This document shows positions 36,303 to 49,260 of a stretch of DNA of 64,000 nucleotides, in pieces. Position 1 is the first letter of the stretch. Each line of letters opens with the position of its first letter. Below the pieces are notes generated by a model. That model saw only the letters and a list, made by a program, of their open reading frames with translations, ran no database searches and was not told where the DNA came from. The position numbers and the translations under genes were made by a program. The stretch comes from Vitrella brassicaformis CCMP3155 (lineage: Eukaryota > Protista > Chromerida). The stretch covers positions 186,001 through 250,000 of the forward strand of contig CDMY01000542.1 of NCBI GenBank assembly GCA_001179505.1. Reading direction: 5' to 3'.

Positions 36303-37394
36303 TCACCCCACCCAACCCAAACGCACACACCCTCCCTCCCTCCCTGCCGTCCTCCTGTCCATCCATCCATCCAAAAGTAAGGAATCTCTCGCGACTCCCT
36401 CGCTAGCTGGCTGCATGTGTCGCTGCTGGTTGTGTGTATGGGTGGGTGGGTTGTGTGATGCATTGATTACACGAGGCAGCCGGACATGCACCATGCAAAG
36501 GGGTTGGGCAGCGCGAACCAGCCCCAGCACCCTTTTCTCCCTTTCCCATCCCCCTCTATCTTGACCTCCCTCCCTCCCCTCCCACATCCCCTGAGCCGCC
36601 TCGCCCTGGTCGGCCACCAGGTGCACCGCGCCCTCGAAGCCCACCGGCAGCCGGATGGTCGTCTCGTCAGTCTCGTCCTGGTCGCTGTCGGGCGAGTGCT
36701 GGGTGTGGCGGGTGGACGGCGACGTGTTGGGCGAGCTGGACCGCTGGGCGCTGCGGGGCGATGCGTCTGTGGTGGCGCTGTCAGACTTGTTGGTCTGGAT
36801 GTGCTGCCGCCTCTCTCTCAACAGACGACGGTGTTGGATCTCCTCGAGCTCCTGTTCGATGAGCTTGAGCTCCTTCTCCCTCTCCGCGTCGGCCGCCTTC
36901 ATCTGAGTTAGTGGGTGAAGGCGTGTGAATGCGTGTGTGTGTGGGTGTGTGGCGGGGTCACCTGCTGGTACATCTCCCTCCTCTCGCGGCGCCGCTTGAT
37001 AATCTGACCGGCCGAACGAACGCACACACGTACATGCGAGGATTGATGAATGCAGCGTGATGGTGCTGTGCTCTTGGTGTACCGGGTCAGACGGGTCGCC
37101 ATCCCTCAGTTGCTCGAGGTCCTTCTTGATGACGGTGTAGGCCTCAACCAAGGCCTGGAAGTCCTCCTTGCGACCCCCCTTGTCTGTGTGGCTATTCTGC
37201 AGACACACACACATCCGTCCGCCAAGATGCGTCCAATCGTTCGTATCGGTTTGCAATGCGTACCAGGGCGCCTTTGTGATACGATTTCTTGATCTCATGT
37301 AGCGGGCCCACGGATGCACCTTCAGCTTCTTGTAGGAGCCGCATTTGTCGGCGGCGGTGAAGCCCTGGCGGCCGTCTGGCAGCGTGATGGGCAT
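36303..37394 (-). pseudogene. J-domain (HTD variant) copy L2, frameshifted in the first exon
   Basis: MPITLPDGRQGF..KLKVHPW, then a 1-nt deletion relative to R1. Next exon NSHTDKGGRKEDFQALVEAY. Confidence 0.65.
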
Positions 37395-38499
37395 CCTGGC
37401 TCTTTCTCTCTCGACAAACGGTATAGGAACACAACCATCCCGTTCTCCATCGCTCAGCGACAACTGCCAGAACGAGGCGATCTGCTTCAGTCGTTCAGTT
37501 ATGGGGAAGATCCTGACGAATATAAATGTAGGCGGCGATATGAGAGCATCTGAGATGAGAGAGAGAGGACATGACGAAGGATTGTGTCTCACTCACGTAC
37601 GTGTCAAGGAAAGTGTCGTGGCATCAGGTCAGGTAAGCTGCCCACAATTTGAAATTGCCACTTCGCCGGCCGGTATGAGAGTTCGCATCGTTGATCGCTT
37701 CTAGGACCTTCCACGACCTTGATCACAGCATGTCAGAAGAGAAGCACCTGTGCGTTGTTTTCCATGCGTCTCTACGCACCCACCGATTACCTTACCTGGC
37801 CGAATACAGCACAAGAGCGATCGATCTCCTGGTATTCTCTGTTGGTGATGAAAAACTGGCTCTGTCTCTGTGTGAGAGGCCCGCCCCCAGCTGTCGATTC
37901 TCGCGACCTGAACTACAGCTGGGGGAGAGTAGAGGGCAAATGAGCTGAACTACCTGAACTACCTGAACTACCCTCTACTCTGAGTAGGGGGCCCACAGCT
38001 CAGTCAGCTGTCGATGGTGGAGAGTAGAGGGCCCACAGCTCACAATCGACCTGAACTACCAGACAGAGGCAAATGAGACCAATGACAGAGCGGGGCAGCG
38101 TTTGGTGGACGTCTCCTGTGTTCAGTAGTCAGATAAGTCCTTGAGCTTCCGACGGATCTGCAAGGAGAGCATGCGAAAACAGGCTGCTACATTCGGTGAG
38201 AAAGGCAGCTTCTGCAGAGGGGAAACAAGACAGCGGTCACTAGAATCAGCACTGATGAGGGCTCACCGTGAGGCGCTGCTCCAGGGGCGTTGTTGTTTTC
38301 TCATTATTGTTTGTCCTGAGGTGCAGGGACGCGAGACATGACAAAATCTCTTTGCGCATGTGTCCATCGCGATGGCGGCTCACACTTGCTTACGGTAAGG
38401 GGCCGCAAGAGGTCGCACATGGCCCAGCCTGACAAAGATACAGACGAAAGAGTCCATACGACACCAAATTGGATGGATTACAGTAAATGTGTGTGTGTG

Positions 38500-38990
38500 C
38501 GTGTAGCTCACCCAGCTGCTTGAGCTCGGCCTCTGGGCTCCGATAAGGGTCAGTGCCCTGCTCGGAGCCCTCCATGATGTGGCGGCGACGGTCATCCATG
38601 GCCCCTGCCCTCACCTGCAGCCATCAATGGAATACACCCAACACGTCAACGACACTATGAGAAGTGCTGCCGTGTGTGCCTTACAGCCTGGTCGAAATCA
38701 AACCACACCCCATTCCCGCGGAAGGAACGCTGTCCCCCTGCACCCATACGCACACGGAGAGAGACAAAAAGTGGTACGGTTATGTCGTGTGTCGGCCTGT
38801 TCCCTCTGTGTGTCGTCTTACATTCGACTTGATGTCATTAATGGAGATGCCCCACTCATGAAACTTCCCCAGCCCCTCCAACGCAGTGTGAAAGAGCCCA
38901 CACGCCTGCGGCAGTGTGAGCCCCTCACGGACGCGACCGCTATCCCACGTCCCTGGCACACACACCAACACAGAGACCATCAAGTGCTCG
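38500..38990 (-). pseudogene. Atypical kinase C-lobe fragment
   Basis: GTWD..ALEGLGKFHEWGISINDIK, GNGVWFDFDQA, EGSEQGTDPYRSPE (subdomains V-VIII). Confidence 0.6.
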
Positions 38991-39963
38991 GTGGACTGAC
39001 AATTGCTCTCTGGTGGCACACTGACATACCTTCCATGAGCGCATCAGTGAGGAAGCCCATTTTTATATAAGCGTCTCCGTGCGGGCAGAGGGGAAAAGCG
39101 ATGTCCACGACTCCGCTCCGCCCTCGGTCGGTTGGCGGGAGTGCCATCTCGCTGCTGATTGATTCAACTTACAGACAGGAGCAAGGACACACATCCCATG
39201 AGGGGGGCCGGAGTAGGACGGTCTCATCGGGGCACCCACCGCCAGGTGCCTTGATGGTGTGGAGCTGGTGCGACGAAGTGATTACGGAGAGGAGAGAACA
39301 CAACAGGGACGAACTGAGGTCGAACGCCGAAATGATATTTGTTGTCCGAAAAGAGACGTTGCTGTCCAAAATTCTCGCCGGCCAGTAACGTCTCGAATTC
39401 TCGCCGGAAAGGAAAGGGCAGCCCTGGGGGTGTCGCTGACTTATTCTGCCGGCCATGATCCCATCTCTCGGTGCTTGCCTTGCCTGTCCATGTATGTGGT
39501 TTGTATGTGGTTTGTCTGACAGTCTGTCTGTGCTGGTGTGGTTAGTGCGATGTGCGGACTGACTTCCTTTGCGGTCATTGACGGCTGGAGGCTGAAAGAT
39601 ACATCTGGAGACATGTATGAATGAGACAGACGGCACACAGACTGACAGAACGAGACAGCGTGCGTCGAATGAGGACTTAGTCAAATCGTACACACCCACA
39701 TACACTTGGCTGGCTGTCCTCTCCCCACCCACACCCACACCCACCCACCCGGTAGTCTTTTGACAGAGCAAATCGCATGCATGTGCAGTCATGGTCACAC
39801 CCACAGCTATATATGAACATCCACCCACCATCTATATGAACATCCACCCACCATCCAACGGCAATGGTGGAACAGGCTGCCCTCTCTCGAGCGAAGAGGG
39901 CAAGGGGTAAGCAACTCCGCACATGCAGACAGCATTCACATGCGGCAATGACCCATCCCAGCA

Positions 39964-42517
39964 TCATGATGAGTCCATGCCCGCACGATGGATGAGCTCG
40001 TTGACGTCGACCGGACGGCGGCCCGACTCGTGCAGCGCACGGTGGTCAGCAGGATGCAGTTGCACTAGTGCCTCGGGCGGTATGCTCGGGAAGTCGCTGC
40101 GCAGCTCCGTCAGGCTCTCGTCGGTCAGCGGCACCACGCCAGACATGTCCTGAACGAACAAACCGACACCGGAATCACCCACAGAGATGCACCCATTCCG
40201 TGGCATGTGTTTATCTTCGTTTGTACCGGCAGGGAGTCTATGCGGGCGGCTGTGATGACTATCTGCCCGTTGCCTCTGAGGGCCTCCTCGGTCGTGCACG
40301 AGATGCGGTAGCCGTCCATCTCACCGTCTGGGAAGCGGTGCTGCATCATGTCCCGGACGAAGTAGTGGGTGAAGGTGCCAATGGTCGGTTGCACTCGAAG
40401 GCTCAGCTCGGCCGCCCGCAGCTTCAGCAGAGACAGGATGCTCGAATGCACGTACTCGATGGCATTCGCATCACGCGGCACTGCACACACAGGACACAGA
40501 CATCCACCACCCTGCTGAGAAGGCCTCCTTCTGTGTGTGCTGACTGACCCCGTAGCTCTATGTCAATGCTATGGGTCGTCTGCAGAGCTCCCGCAGCAGC
40601 ACCGTCCCCTAAACCCACGGACCGACCCCACATCACCCGCACTCTGCGCACCTCCCGGCCCCTGAGTGCCGCCAACGCCCTCTCGCTGCCTGCCGGTACA
40701 GTCAGCTCCTGCAGCGGCTGCCCCATCTTGTCTGCCAGCACCCCCAGCACCTCCGATGCGATGTGGCTGTACACGAACAGGTCTGGCTCAGGGCCAGATT
40801 GCCCTGAAGGACAGCAGCTCCTGCTCGGGAAGGCCCTGCCCTCCTGCAGGTGGTCGAGCACCGATGGGCGCGGGGAGGGGGCGTTGGGTGGAGGCGTGAA
40901 TCCGGGTGTGTCGATGAGCTCGACTTGAATGGCAGTGTCGAACGTCAGGCTGGCTGCCAGGTCCTTCGCCGATCGAGTGGACATGTCCATGGGGTGGGAC
41001 AGGTGTGCCGCTTCGGACTGCCACTGCACACGGAAGGCCCCCTTGGCCAAGGTGACGAGGGCCCGCGCGACGAAGGGGGGCAGCGGGCCAGGAGGAAGGT
41101 CGTGCAGCAGGGCTAAGTTGAAGACACGGATGGGGCTGTATGTCACGGGGATGTCTGGTGATGTCGCGACGGCGCTGACGAAGGACGACAGGGCCTGCAG
41201 GGTGTGCACGAGGCTGCTGTCGACCACATTGACGTCCACAAACTGGATGTGGAGCGACTTGATCGTGCGACGGCAGCCACGAGCCACCAACACGGCCTGC
41301 AAAACGCACACAGAGCAACATCCATCCATTCATCCATCCATCCATCCATGTTAACGTTCGCCTCCCTTCGTCCCCTCCTCGCCCACCGTCAGCTCGTTGA
41401 GTTGATCGTTCTCGTCTGCATCTGACAGCTCCAGGATCAGGCACTGCAGCCGCGCCAGCGGCCCTCTCTGCCCCACAGGCGGCAGTGGGAAGGCTGTGCA
41501 CGCAGATGCCAGGTCGCCGGGTCGCATGGGCACCATCAGCCGCTTGAGGCATCGGGATGAGCACAGGATGCCCCCCATGTGTGGCGCGCCGGTGCCGGGG
41601 CCATCGGTGCCGCCGGTCACCTCCTCGAGTGCAGGTGTGTGCCACCCTCGCGCGATGGCCTGGCCCTGGGCGGTCCACACGCCTATGATCTTGGTCAGCG
41701 AAGGGAGGGTGGGTGGGGTGGCGGGCACGGGCGGCAGGGTGGGCTGCGTGCGCTGGGGAGCCTGGGAGTAGACGCGATCGTTAAGAGCGGGGAACAGCCG
41801 CATCGCGATGGTGCCGTCTGGGTTGCCCCCCATCGCTACGCAGTGCGCCTGGTGCTCGTGGGGGTAGATGGTGGGTGCCGTGCGCTCGAATGCGATGCAC
41901 TGGAGGGACCCGCCAGCCCTGCCCTTCTCTCGCCCATGTGCGTGGCTCTCCACCAAGGCCACCAGCACGTCCAGACACCATCCCTCGTGTCGGCGCGGCT
42001 GCCGCAGCGTGATTGTCCTGGTTGACCAGCTCCTTTCCCCATCGCGATGCCGCCTCGAGAGGGATCCGCTCCCAGAAGCGCCGCATCCCTCCGTCCTCCC
42101 GACCGTCGTGCTCCTCGCAGTCGATGACTAGCTCCGTGTAGTGGGAGGTGGCCTGGTCAAAGAGAGAGGTGCCTATGGACGGCCATAACTTGAACAGCCG
42201 GAGCGGATGGTCGCAGGCAAACACGAATGGGAGGCAGTCGTTCTCTAACAGACGCAGCACCGCCTGCATTAACTCGTTGCAGAGAAGACGGTATCCATCA
42301 CAATCCATCAGATGCCCACATCTGTGCGTTCTTACCGGTCCTTCGTCGGTCGCCTGCCGCCCACTCGTGCGAGTCAAACGAAAGAATGAGCCGTCCGAAG
42401 CATCCTCCTGAATAAACAAGCACAGGACAAGCACAGGGCAGTTTCTGCTTTGTCGTTCATTCAATCATCTGAGTCTTTCACCTCTGCAGGCGAAGATGCG
42501 GCCTCGCTGTCGGTCAT
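39964..42517 (-). pseudogene. Large multi-exon gene of an expanded lineage-specific family, 1-nt frameshift near 42015
   Basis: MTDSEAASSPAE|EDASDGSFFRL..RRFWERIPLEAASRWGKELVN, frameshift to TITLRQPRRHEGWCLDVLVALVESH..LPSLTKIIG..|AVLVARGCRRTIKSL... Family assignment is from recall of Vitrella repetitive proteins. Confidence 0.6.
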
Positions 42518-42914
42518 TGCCAGCGCTAGCGCCGTCCACGGCGTCCCGCAGCCCGCCAGAGAGATGTGAGATGTTGGCGATGAGTGAATCACGCTATTGG
42601 AATCACGAATCAGTGGCGATGACAGGCGAGCAACAGGCGACGAAGGACCATCAACTGCTGTGTAGCGAATGCTCCTCTTTCCCAGCTCGCGATCAAGCAC
42701 CCACAAAAGTGGCAGAGATGGAGATGGAGATGGTATCGGGACTGCAGCCCGACTGCAGCAGAGGCTTCTTCAAGGAAGAGTCCGTCCGCACGACTGCATT
42801 TATTCATTCATTCATTCATTCACTCATCAAGCGTCTCCTATGAACGTCTATCTGACATGCTCAGTGTCTGTCTGTATGCCCAGCCAGTGCGTGATCGCCC
42901 AGTCACACACAAAC

Positions 42915-42948
<34 letters not shown>

Positions 42949-43248
42949 NNNNNNNNNNNNNNNNNNNNNNNNNNNNNNNNNNNNNNNNNNNNNNNNNNNN
43001 NNNNNNNNNNNNNNNNNNNNNNNNNNNNNNNNNNNNNNNNNNNNNNNNNNNNNNNNNNNNNNNNNNNNNNNNNNNNNNNNNNNNNNNNNNNNNNNNNNNN
43101 NNNNNNNNNNNNNNNNNNNNNNNNNNNNNNNNNNNNNNNNNNNNNNNNNNNNNNNNNNNNNNNNNNNNNNNNNNNNNNNNNNNNNNNNNNNNNNNNNNNN
43201 NNNNNNNNNNNNNNNNNNNNNNNNNNNNNNNNNNNNNNNNNNNNNNNN
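42949..43248. other. Assembly gap of 300 N flanked by poly-C
   Basis: N-run seen directly; ~30-C homopolymer on the left and a shorter C run on the right. Confidence 0.99.
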
Positions 43249-43819
43249 CCCCCCCTCCCTCGCTCAGGCCTCTTCCAAGCCGGATGCCTTCGATGTAGGC
43301 GCCGGTGCCGATCCCTTGGGGCCGCAAGGCGGCGGACTCGCCCACAGCTCACCCAACCAATCGTCAGCAAGGACTCCTCGAGTGAGTCAGTCAGTCAGGC
43401 AGTCCGCAGGGCTGCGGTGCGAGCTCCAGCAGCGGCACACGCAAAGGAGAACGCACGTCAATGCGTCCTGGGCCTTGCTGGTGCCGCTGGGTTTGTCCTT
43501 GCCCTCCCGAGAGGTTGTCTGTGCAGGTGCTGGCGCCAGCGTTGGCTGAGACCTTGTGGCAGCTTGTGTGTCCAGCTGAGGGGCGCCCAAGGCACCCAGC
43601 GGTATGATGCCCTCTGGAACTTCATCCTCCAACTGCTGGGTAATCCTCTCGCCGACGACTGCAGCACCTTCACAGCCATCTCTTCGAACGGACGGCCGTG
43701 AAGGACGGGCTTGGTCGCCTGCCGACATCAGCTCCCTGATGGAGCACACAAGGGTGCATGAAGGGGTCCATTGTCAGTCGGTCTAGTTCCCTCCCTACCT
43801 GGAGGTCGCGGCCTGTGCT

Positions 43820-44760
43820 GTGCCATCGACTTGCGCAGCGCCGTCCTGATGCCTGACCAAGGGCACGCACAAACACGCCAACACACAAACACACCGCACG
43901 CCCTCACAAGACGAGATGAGCAGACAAGCTGCAACTGCAGGTGATCTTCATCCTTGCGCACCTTGGGGGGAGATCACCGTGCTTGCGCGCAACGTCCTCG
44001 AACATCAACAGCAAGGTGTCCTTGTCGTTAACTGTATAGTCGTCGTTAACGTACTTGGCGGGGGCACGATACTCATCCCGCGTCCACTTCTTCAAGCTGA
44101 AGTGAGCGAGAATTCCCCGCTTCTCCTCGTCGACTTCGGAATCCTTTTGAAGCCGAACGAGGACAGTCACCACGCTACCGAATTTTCGCTCCCCACTGCA
44201 CCAGTGCCTCCCCAACAACCCAAGGTTGTCTAAAAGGTTCCCCAACCAGTCAACAAGCATTTTGGCTCCTCCTTCCCTCCCTACACGGGGGTCGCCGCCT
44301 GTGGACCGGTGGGCAGACCGACGTCCGGATGCCTGACCAAGGGCACGCACAAACACGCCAACACACAAACACACCGCACGCCCTCACAAGACGAGACGAG
44401 CAGACAAGCTGCAGCTGCAGGTGATCTTCTTCATCCTTGCGCACCTTGGGGGGAGATCACCGTGCTTGCGCGCAACGTCCTCGAACACCAACAGGAGGGT
44501 GTCCTTCTTGTTGACCGTGTAGTCTTCGTTGACGTACTGGGCGAGGGTACGATACTCCTCCCGCGTCAACTTGCCCGGGTCGAAGTTAGCGAGGATTCCC
44601 CGCTTCTGGTCGTCGACTTCCTTTTCGAGCTGAGCGAGGGCAGTCCCCACGATACAGAATTTTGGCTCCCTATAGCACCAGTGCCGGCCGAACAACCCAA
44701 GGTTGTCTAAAAGGTTCCCCAACCACTCGAGCATTTTGGCTCCTCCTTCCCTCGAGCATT
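43820..44760 (-). repeat. Tandem ~480-bp duplication of a short ORF (copies 43904-44260 and 44384-44734)
   Basis: ML(VD/E)WLGNLLDNLGL.GRHWC..RGILA.F..YVN.DYTVN.KDTLLL.FEDVARKHGDLPP in both copies. Confidence 0.85.
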
Positions 44761-44909
44761 TTTCACTGTGAGCTCGCGATGAAGATCCTGAGCTCGCACG
44801 CGAAGAAGGCAAAAAGGGGAGCAGCAGGACGCCATTGATATCGTGCCTTGGCCCATTGTCGTGAAATTCAGTCAAGAAATCGCACATTTTCGTTTTGTTG
44901 CTGGTGAGG

Positions 44910-45670
44910 ATGGCGGCTGCATCAAGCACCAGCAAGAACGTGACGATTTCCATCGACCGTGAGGCGGCGGAGAAGATAGACACCGCCGCCCACATGCGGC
45001 TGCTGCAGACCAAGGCAAACGATATCGGAAAGAAACGTGAGCAACGCAGATGACAGAGCGGGGCGGCACAACGTGTGTTGTATGGTGTGTGTTGTGGTGT
45101 GGTGCGTGTCGGTGCAGGTGAGCCTGACCCCACTGTCCATGCGGACAAGTCGAGCAGGGTGTCGGTGCAGGAGACCGAGATAGAAACGACGGGTTCCACA
45201 AATGTGCCGGGCATTCTCACCTTCCAGGTACTGAATGCACGTACGGACGGACGGACGGACGTGTGTGCTCAAATGAGTCACTGTGTGTGCCTGTCTGTTC
45301 TCTTCGGTGTGATCTGGGTGCAGGTGGATCTGACTGGTTCGATAGAGGAGTGGCACATGGCGCTCGTCAAGGAGAGCGGCGAGAAGGTCGTCGTTTCTCG
45401 ACAAAACACCACGGTAACTGCCCCCACACACAAATAACATATGGCCACTCGCCGCAGGGCACTCCTCCTTCTCTGCCTGCCTGCCTGCCTGCCTGCTGTT
45501 TTCAGGTCAAGTATGCCGAGGGCGTCTTAACACTTGAGGACGCCACCATCGAGCCGGGGACGTACGTGCTGCGCATCCAGCAGGAGACCTTCGGGGCGCC
45601 GAGTGACATGATGGCCGACGCGCCGTCCCCCTCGCCCGCCCGATCGCCCGTTGACGTGCCCATGACGTAG
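44910..45670 (+). CDS. Hypothetical protein (4 exons, ~170 aa)
   Basis: In-phase GT-AG splicing: MAAASSTSKNVTISID..DIGKK|REPDPT..ILTFQ|VDLTGSIEEW..QNTT|VKYAEGVLTL..VPMT*. Confidence 0.6.
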
Positions 45671-46859
45671 AAGAGGGAGAGTAGCGGGAGCTGGTGTGGT
45701 GTCAAGACAGACAGACCGACAGACTTCCTTCCTGCCTGAGTGTACGCCTTGTTGTTTTTCATGGGCGTCTGTGTACAGACTGGTCTGGTATCGGGGCTCA
45801 GAGAGAGAACGGGGTGGCGTGAGGTGAGATTTGTGTGGATGGGTCAATCGATCGGTAGATCAGCCAAGATTGGGTTGAGCTGATGTGCTGTGTTGTTGGC
45901 GGGGATGATGGGACGGATGGATGCGTTTAAGATAGCGCCATGCTATGTGATGGGCTGGTCGTGTCGAGGGGCCATCGTCGGGCAATTGTAGCATCCGCAT
46001 CGACAACTCAGTCGTTCATGCGCGAAAAGCTTGGCGAGGCTGTGGGTGGGCGATGCGGTCACTGCGATCGCACGACGCGACAATCCAGCCTGTGTTGTGT
46101 GCGGACAAACATTCCATGATGAAATGCCAGTGTGTCACGGGTGTCGTCGCTATGGAGGCACAGGACATTGTGCGCATCTGTTCCTAACTGTGCGCCGTTC
46201 GATTGTGTCCGCTGACTTGCTGCCGTCCAGACGGATGTTATGAGAATCCTTCCATCAATCCGGCCACGGACGCAACAAGAGAAACAATCGCAGGTTGATG
46301 GTAGACCTCTCCCTCCTACATCGCTGCCACACTGGCACATCGGCTGTGTTTGATCTGACGGTCTATGCCTAGCAATGGCCGGCAGAATAGGTCAGCCGAC
46401 ACACTAACCACCACGGCTGCCCATTTCCTTTCGGCGAGAAAAATTGGAGACCTTACTGGCCGGCGAGAATTTTGGACAGCAACGTCTCTTTGGACACACA
46501 TATCATTTCGGCGTTCGGTATCTGTTCGTCGTTCCCTGTTGTGTTCTCTCCTCTCCGTAATCATCTCGTCGCACCAGTTCCACGCCATCAAGGCACCTGG
46601 CGGTGGGTGCCCCGATGAGACCGTCCTACTCCGGCCCCCCTCATGGGATGTGTGTCCTTGCTCCTGTCTGTAAGTTGAATCAATCAGCAGCGAGATGGCA
46701 CTCCCGCCAACCGACCGAGGGCGGAGCGGAGTCGTGGACATCGCTTTTCCCCTCTGCCCGCACGGAGACGCTTATACATGGGCTTCCTCAATGAGGCGGT
46801 CATCGAAGGTATGTCAGTGTGCCACCAGAGAGCCACCGTCAGTCCACCGAGCACTTGAT

Positions 46860-47440
46860 GGTCTCTGTGTTGGTGTGTGTACCAGGGACGTGGGATAGCG
46901 GTCGCGTCCGTGAGGGGCTCACACTGCCGCAGGCGTGTGGGCTCTTTCACGATGCGTTGGAGGGGCTAGGGAAGTTTCATGAGTGGGGCATCTCCATTAA
47001 TGACATCAAGTCAAATGTAAGCCAAGACAAGCACACAACCAGAAAGAGAATGATACAAGGGCCACGCCAACGACACAATCAACTCGTCTGTGTGTATGGT
47101 GTGTATGGGTATGTGCAGCCCGACAACGCGGGCAGCTACCGAGGGCATGGCGTGTGGTTCGACTACGACACTGCCGTGAGACAGACGCACACCCAGACAG
47201 ACACCACGTATCACAGTGTTGTTTACGTCTTGCGTGTATTCCATTGCAAAGAGACGGCGTCTGGTATCCGTGTGCGCGTGTGTGTGGCGTGCAGGGGCGG
47301 GAGGGAGTTTGGCTCGAGGGGGGTTTTGTGGGTGCGTTGCCGGGAGGAAGACCACTCCACCACTCCGGGTATGCACCCATCCAACCCCCGACTACGGCAC
47401 TCGACCTATCGCTGCGTGTCTGTCTGTCTGTCTTTGTTGG
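46860..47440 (+). pseudogene. Atypical kinase C-lobe fragment
   Basis: GTWD..FHDALEGLGKFHEWGISINDIK..PDNAGSYRGHGVWFDYDTA. Confidence 0.6.
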
Positions 47441-47774
47441 TGTACCTGCAGGCGGCTGGCACTGGCGTTGCCCCACGCCACCTGTCCAGTGCGGCCCGCG
47501 AGAACCGCTTGAATGAATGGGGTTCGTGCGGGTGGGGAGGGAGGGAGCCGGGGAGAGGGAGAGGGAGGTCACACGCGTGGAGCTACCCCGAGAGGTGATA
47601 CAACGCACAACACGACTCACCAATGGGGATGATATGTGTCATGTCCGTCATCTTGGCGGTGCCTGTTGGTGTGTGGGTGTCAGGGCTCGGCGACCGTGCA
47701 GGGCCCGACGCCCGCCGCTCCCCGCGCCACCGGTAGGTGCTGACACGACATCAATCAACTCATCTCCCCCTCAC

Positions 47775-48510
47775 TCACTGGTTTGGATGACCTGTGTGGC
47801 CCTCAGGAGCGCCAGTCTTCGAGGCCCCTCTACGACCGGCGGACGACGACGAGTTGCCCGACGAGGCCCAGCTGCCCGCACCGCAGTGGCGTGTGCCCGG
47901 GGCTGTGCGGCTGGACGCCATCAAGCCGGAGCAATACGTCCAGGTAGGATGGATGAATGGATGGGTGACATCACACCAGCAGATGGACAAATGGATGTGT
48001 TTCCCGTGTTGGTGTGTGTGGTCAGTTGCAGAGGCTGCTGGAGTTCCTCGACGGCGACGTCGTGGTACGCACACAAACACCACACGCACACAGAGAGGGA
48101 GAGATCAGATGCACACACGCTTTTCTGTGGTGTGATGTTGATTCAGGGGGAGCTGTTGCGGTACGGCCTTCGGGTGCGTACGGACAGCGTGGGCCACCCC
48201 AGGATCGTCGGCAATGGCGGCAACGGCACGGTCGTGCACTTGGACTATATCGACGCTGGCCAGGTGCCTAAGGACGCCCCGCAGCTGTCCATCAAGCTCA
48301 TCAGACAGGCTGATGAGGACAACTGGGTACACACAACACACGTCCATCCATTCGTGTATGTCTTGTATGTGTGTGGGTGTGTGGGTGTGTGTGCAGGTCA
48401 AGGAGGGCTTTCTTTTTGGTGGAGGAGGCCGTGGCCAGGCCAGCAGTACAGCCAAAGAGGACGGACAAGGACACCCCAGGCAAGTGGCATGGAGTCAGGT
48501 AGGAGAGTGA
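47775..48510 (+). pseudogene. Atypical kinase N-lobe fragment
   Basis: GELLRYGLRVRTDSVGHPRIVGNGGNGTVVHLDY..SIKLI..NW|VKEGF: Gly loop, beta3 Lys and alphaC Glu. Homologous to 361-640. Confidence 0.6.
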
Positions 48511-48769
48511 TGTGTCAGAAGTCTGTTTATGTCACCCCCTTTGTGTGTCGTCTCAGGTGATCTCATATCGCCGCCTACGTTTTATATTCGTCCGGATTTT
48601 CGACGTCCAGACAGACACGCGTGGGGTTAACGATATCTGTTTCCCTTCCTGCTGTTGCTCCCCTGTCATCGTGACTCGTTCTGATCCATCTATCCATGTG
48701 AGCAGCTCACAAACACGGGCAGGTGTGAGTCACCAGTTTGGTCATCTGTCTGATATCGCCTTCGTTGCA

Positions 48770-49260
48770 GGCCCATTGCATGTGATCAAGACGATGAATA
48801 TCGCAGCGGCGGCGGGCAACACACCGGTGCCCTTCACTGGCGGTAAGTCAGTCACTTGACACCACTTGAATCTCCACTTCTTCGTGTCTGTGTGTGTGGT
48901 GTGTTTGCATGCCTATCCTTCGAACATTCAGCCGTCAGCTTCCCCGACTCGATCAACACGAGGACGCAGACCATGATGCTTCTGTGTCTGTGGCGCAGCA
49001 TGACGGCCGAGAGGATGCTGGGGCTCATCAGGAGGGGGGCCGACGCCACAGCCATCGTCGTCATCCCACGCCTTACCAGCCGCCAAACATGCGGCATGCA
49101 GCTGCCGGCGCAGGAGCACCACTTTAGCCTTATCGAGACCGTGTGCGGCGAGCTATTAGTGACCGTCGACAGGGTATGCACACCTTCGGAAGCACACATA
49201 CACACCTTACTTGAGAGGGTCACTCTCTGCTGCTGGAATGTGTGCAGCAGCGGCTGAGAG
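48770..49260 (+). pseudogene. Fragment of an ankyrin-like lineage-specific gene
   Basis: MNIAAAAGNTPVPFTG..SINTRTQTMMLLCLWRSMTAERMLGLIRRGADATAIV; weak ankyrin-like 'LI..GAD' pattern only. Confidence 0.3.

Larger units (their letters stand above)
30505..39460 (-). repeat. Left arm of a large diverged inverted duplication
   Basis: Colinear reverse-complement matches to 46375-58180: 31620-31760 vs 57170-57310, 33540-35200 vs 53640-55300, 37600-38350 vs 49600-50200, 38800-39460 vs 46375-47020. Confidence 0.9.

Noticed and set aside
37941-37975. (TGAACTACC)x3 tandem repeat
   Set aside because: Simple slippage; the mirror copy at ~49900 has only one unit.
42669-43549. ORFs running through the N gap
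   Set aside because: Artefacts of poly-C and ambiguous bases.
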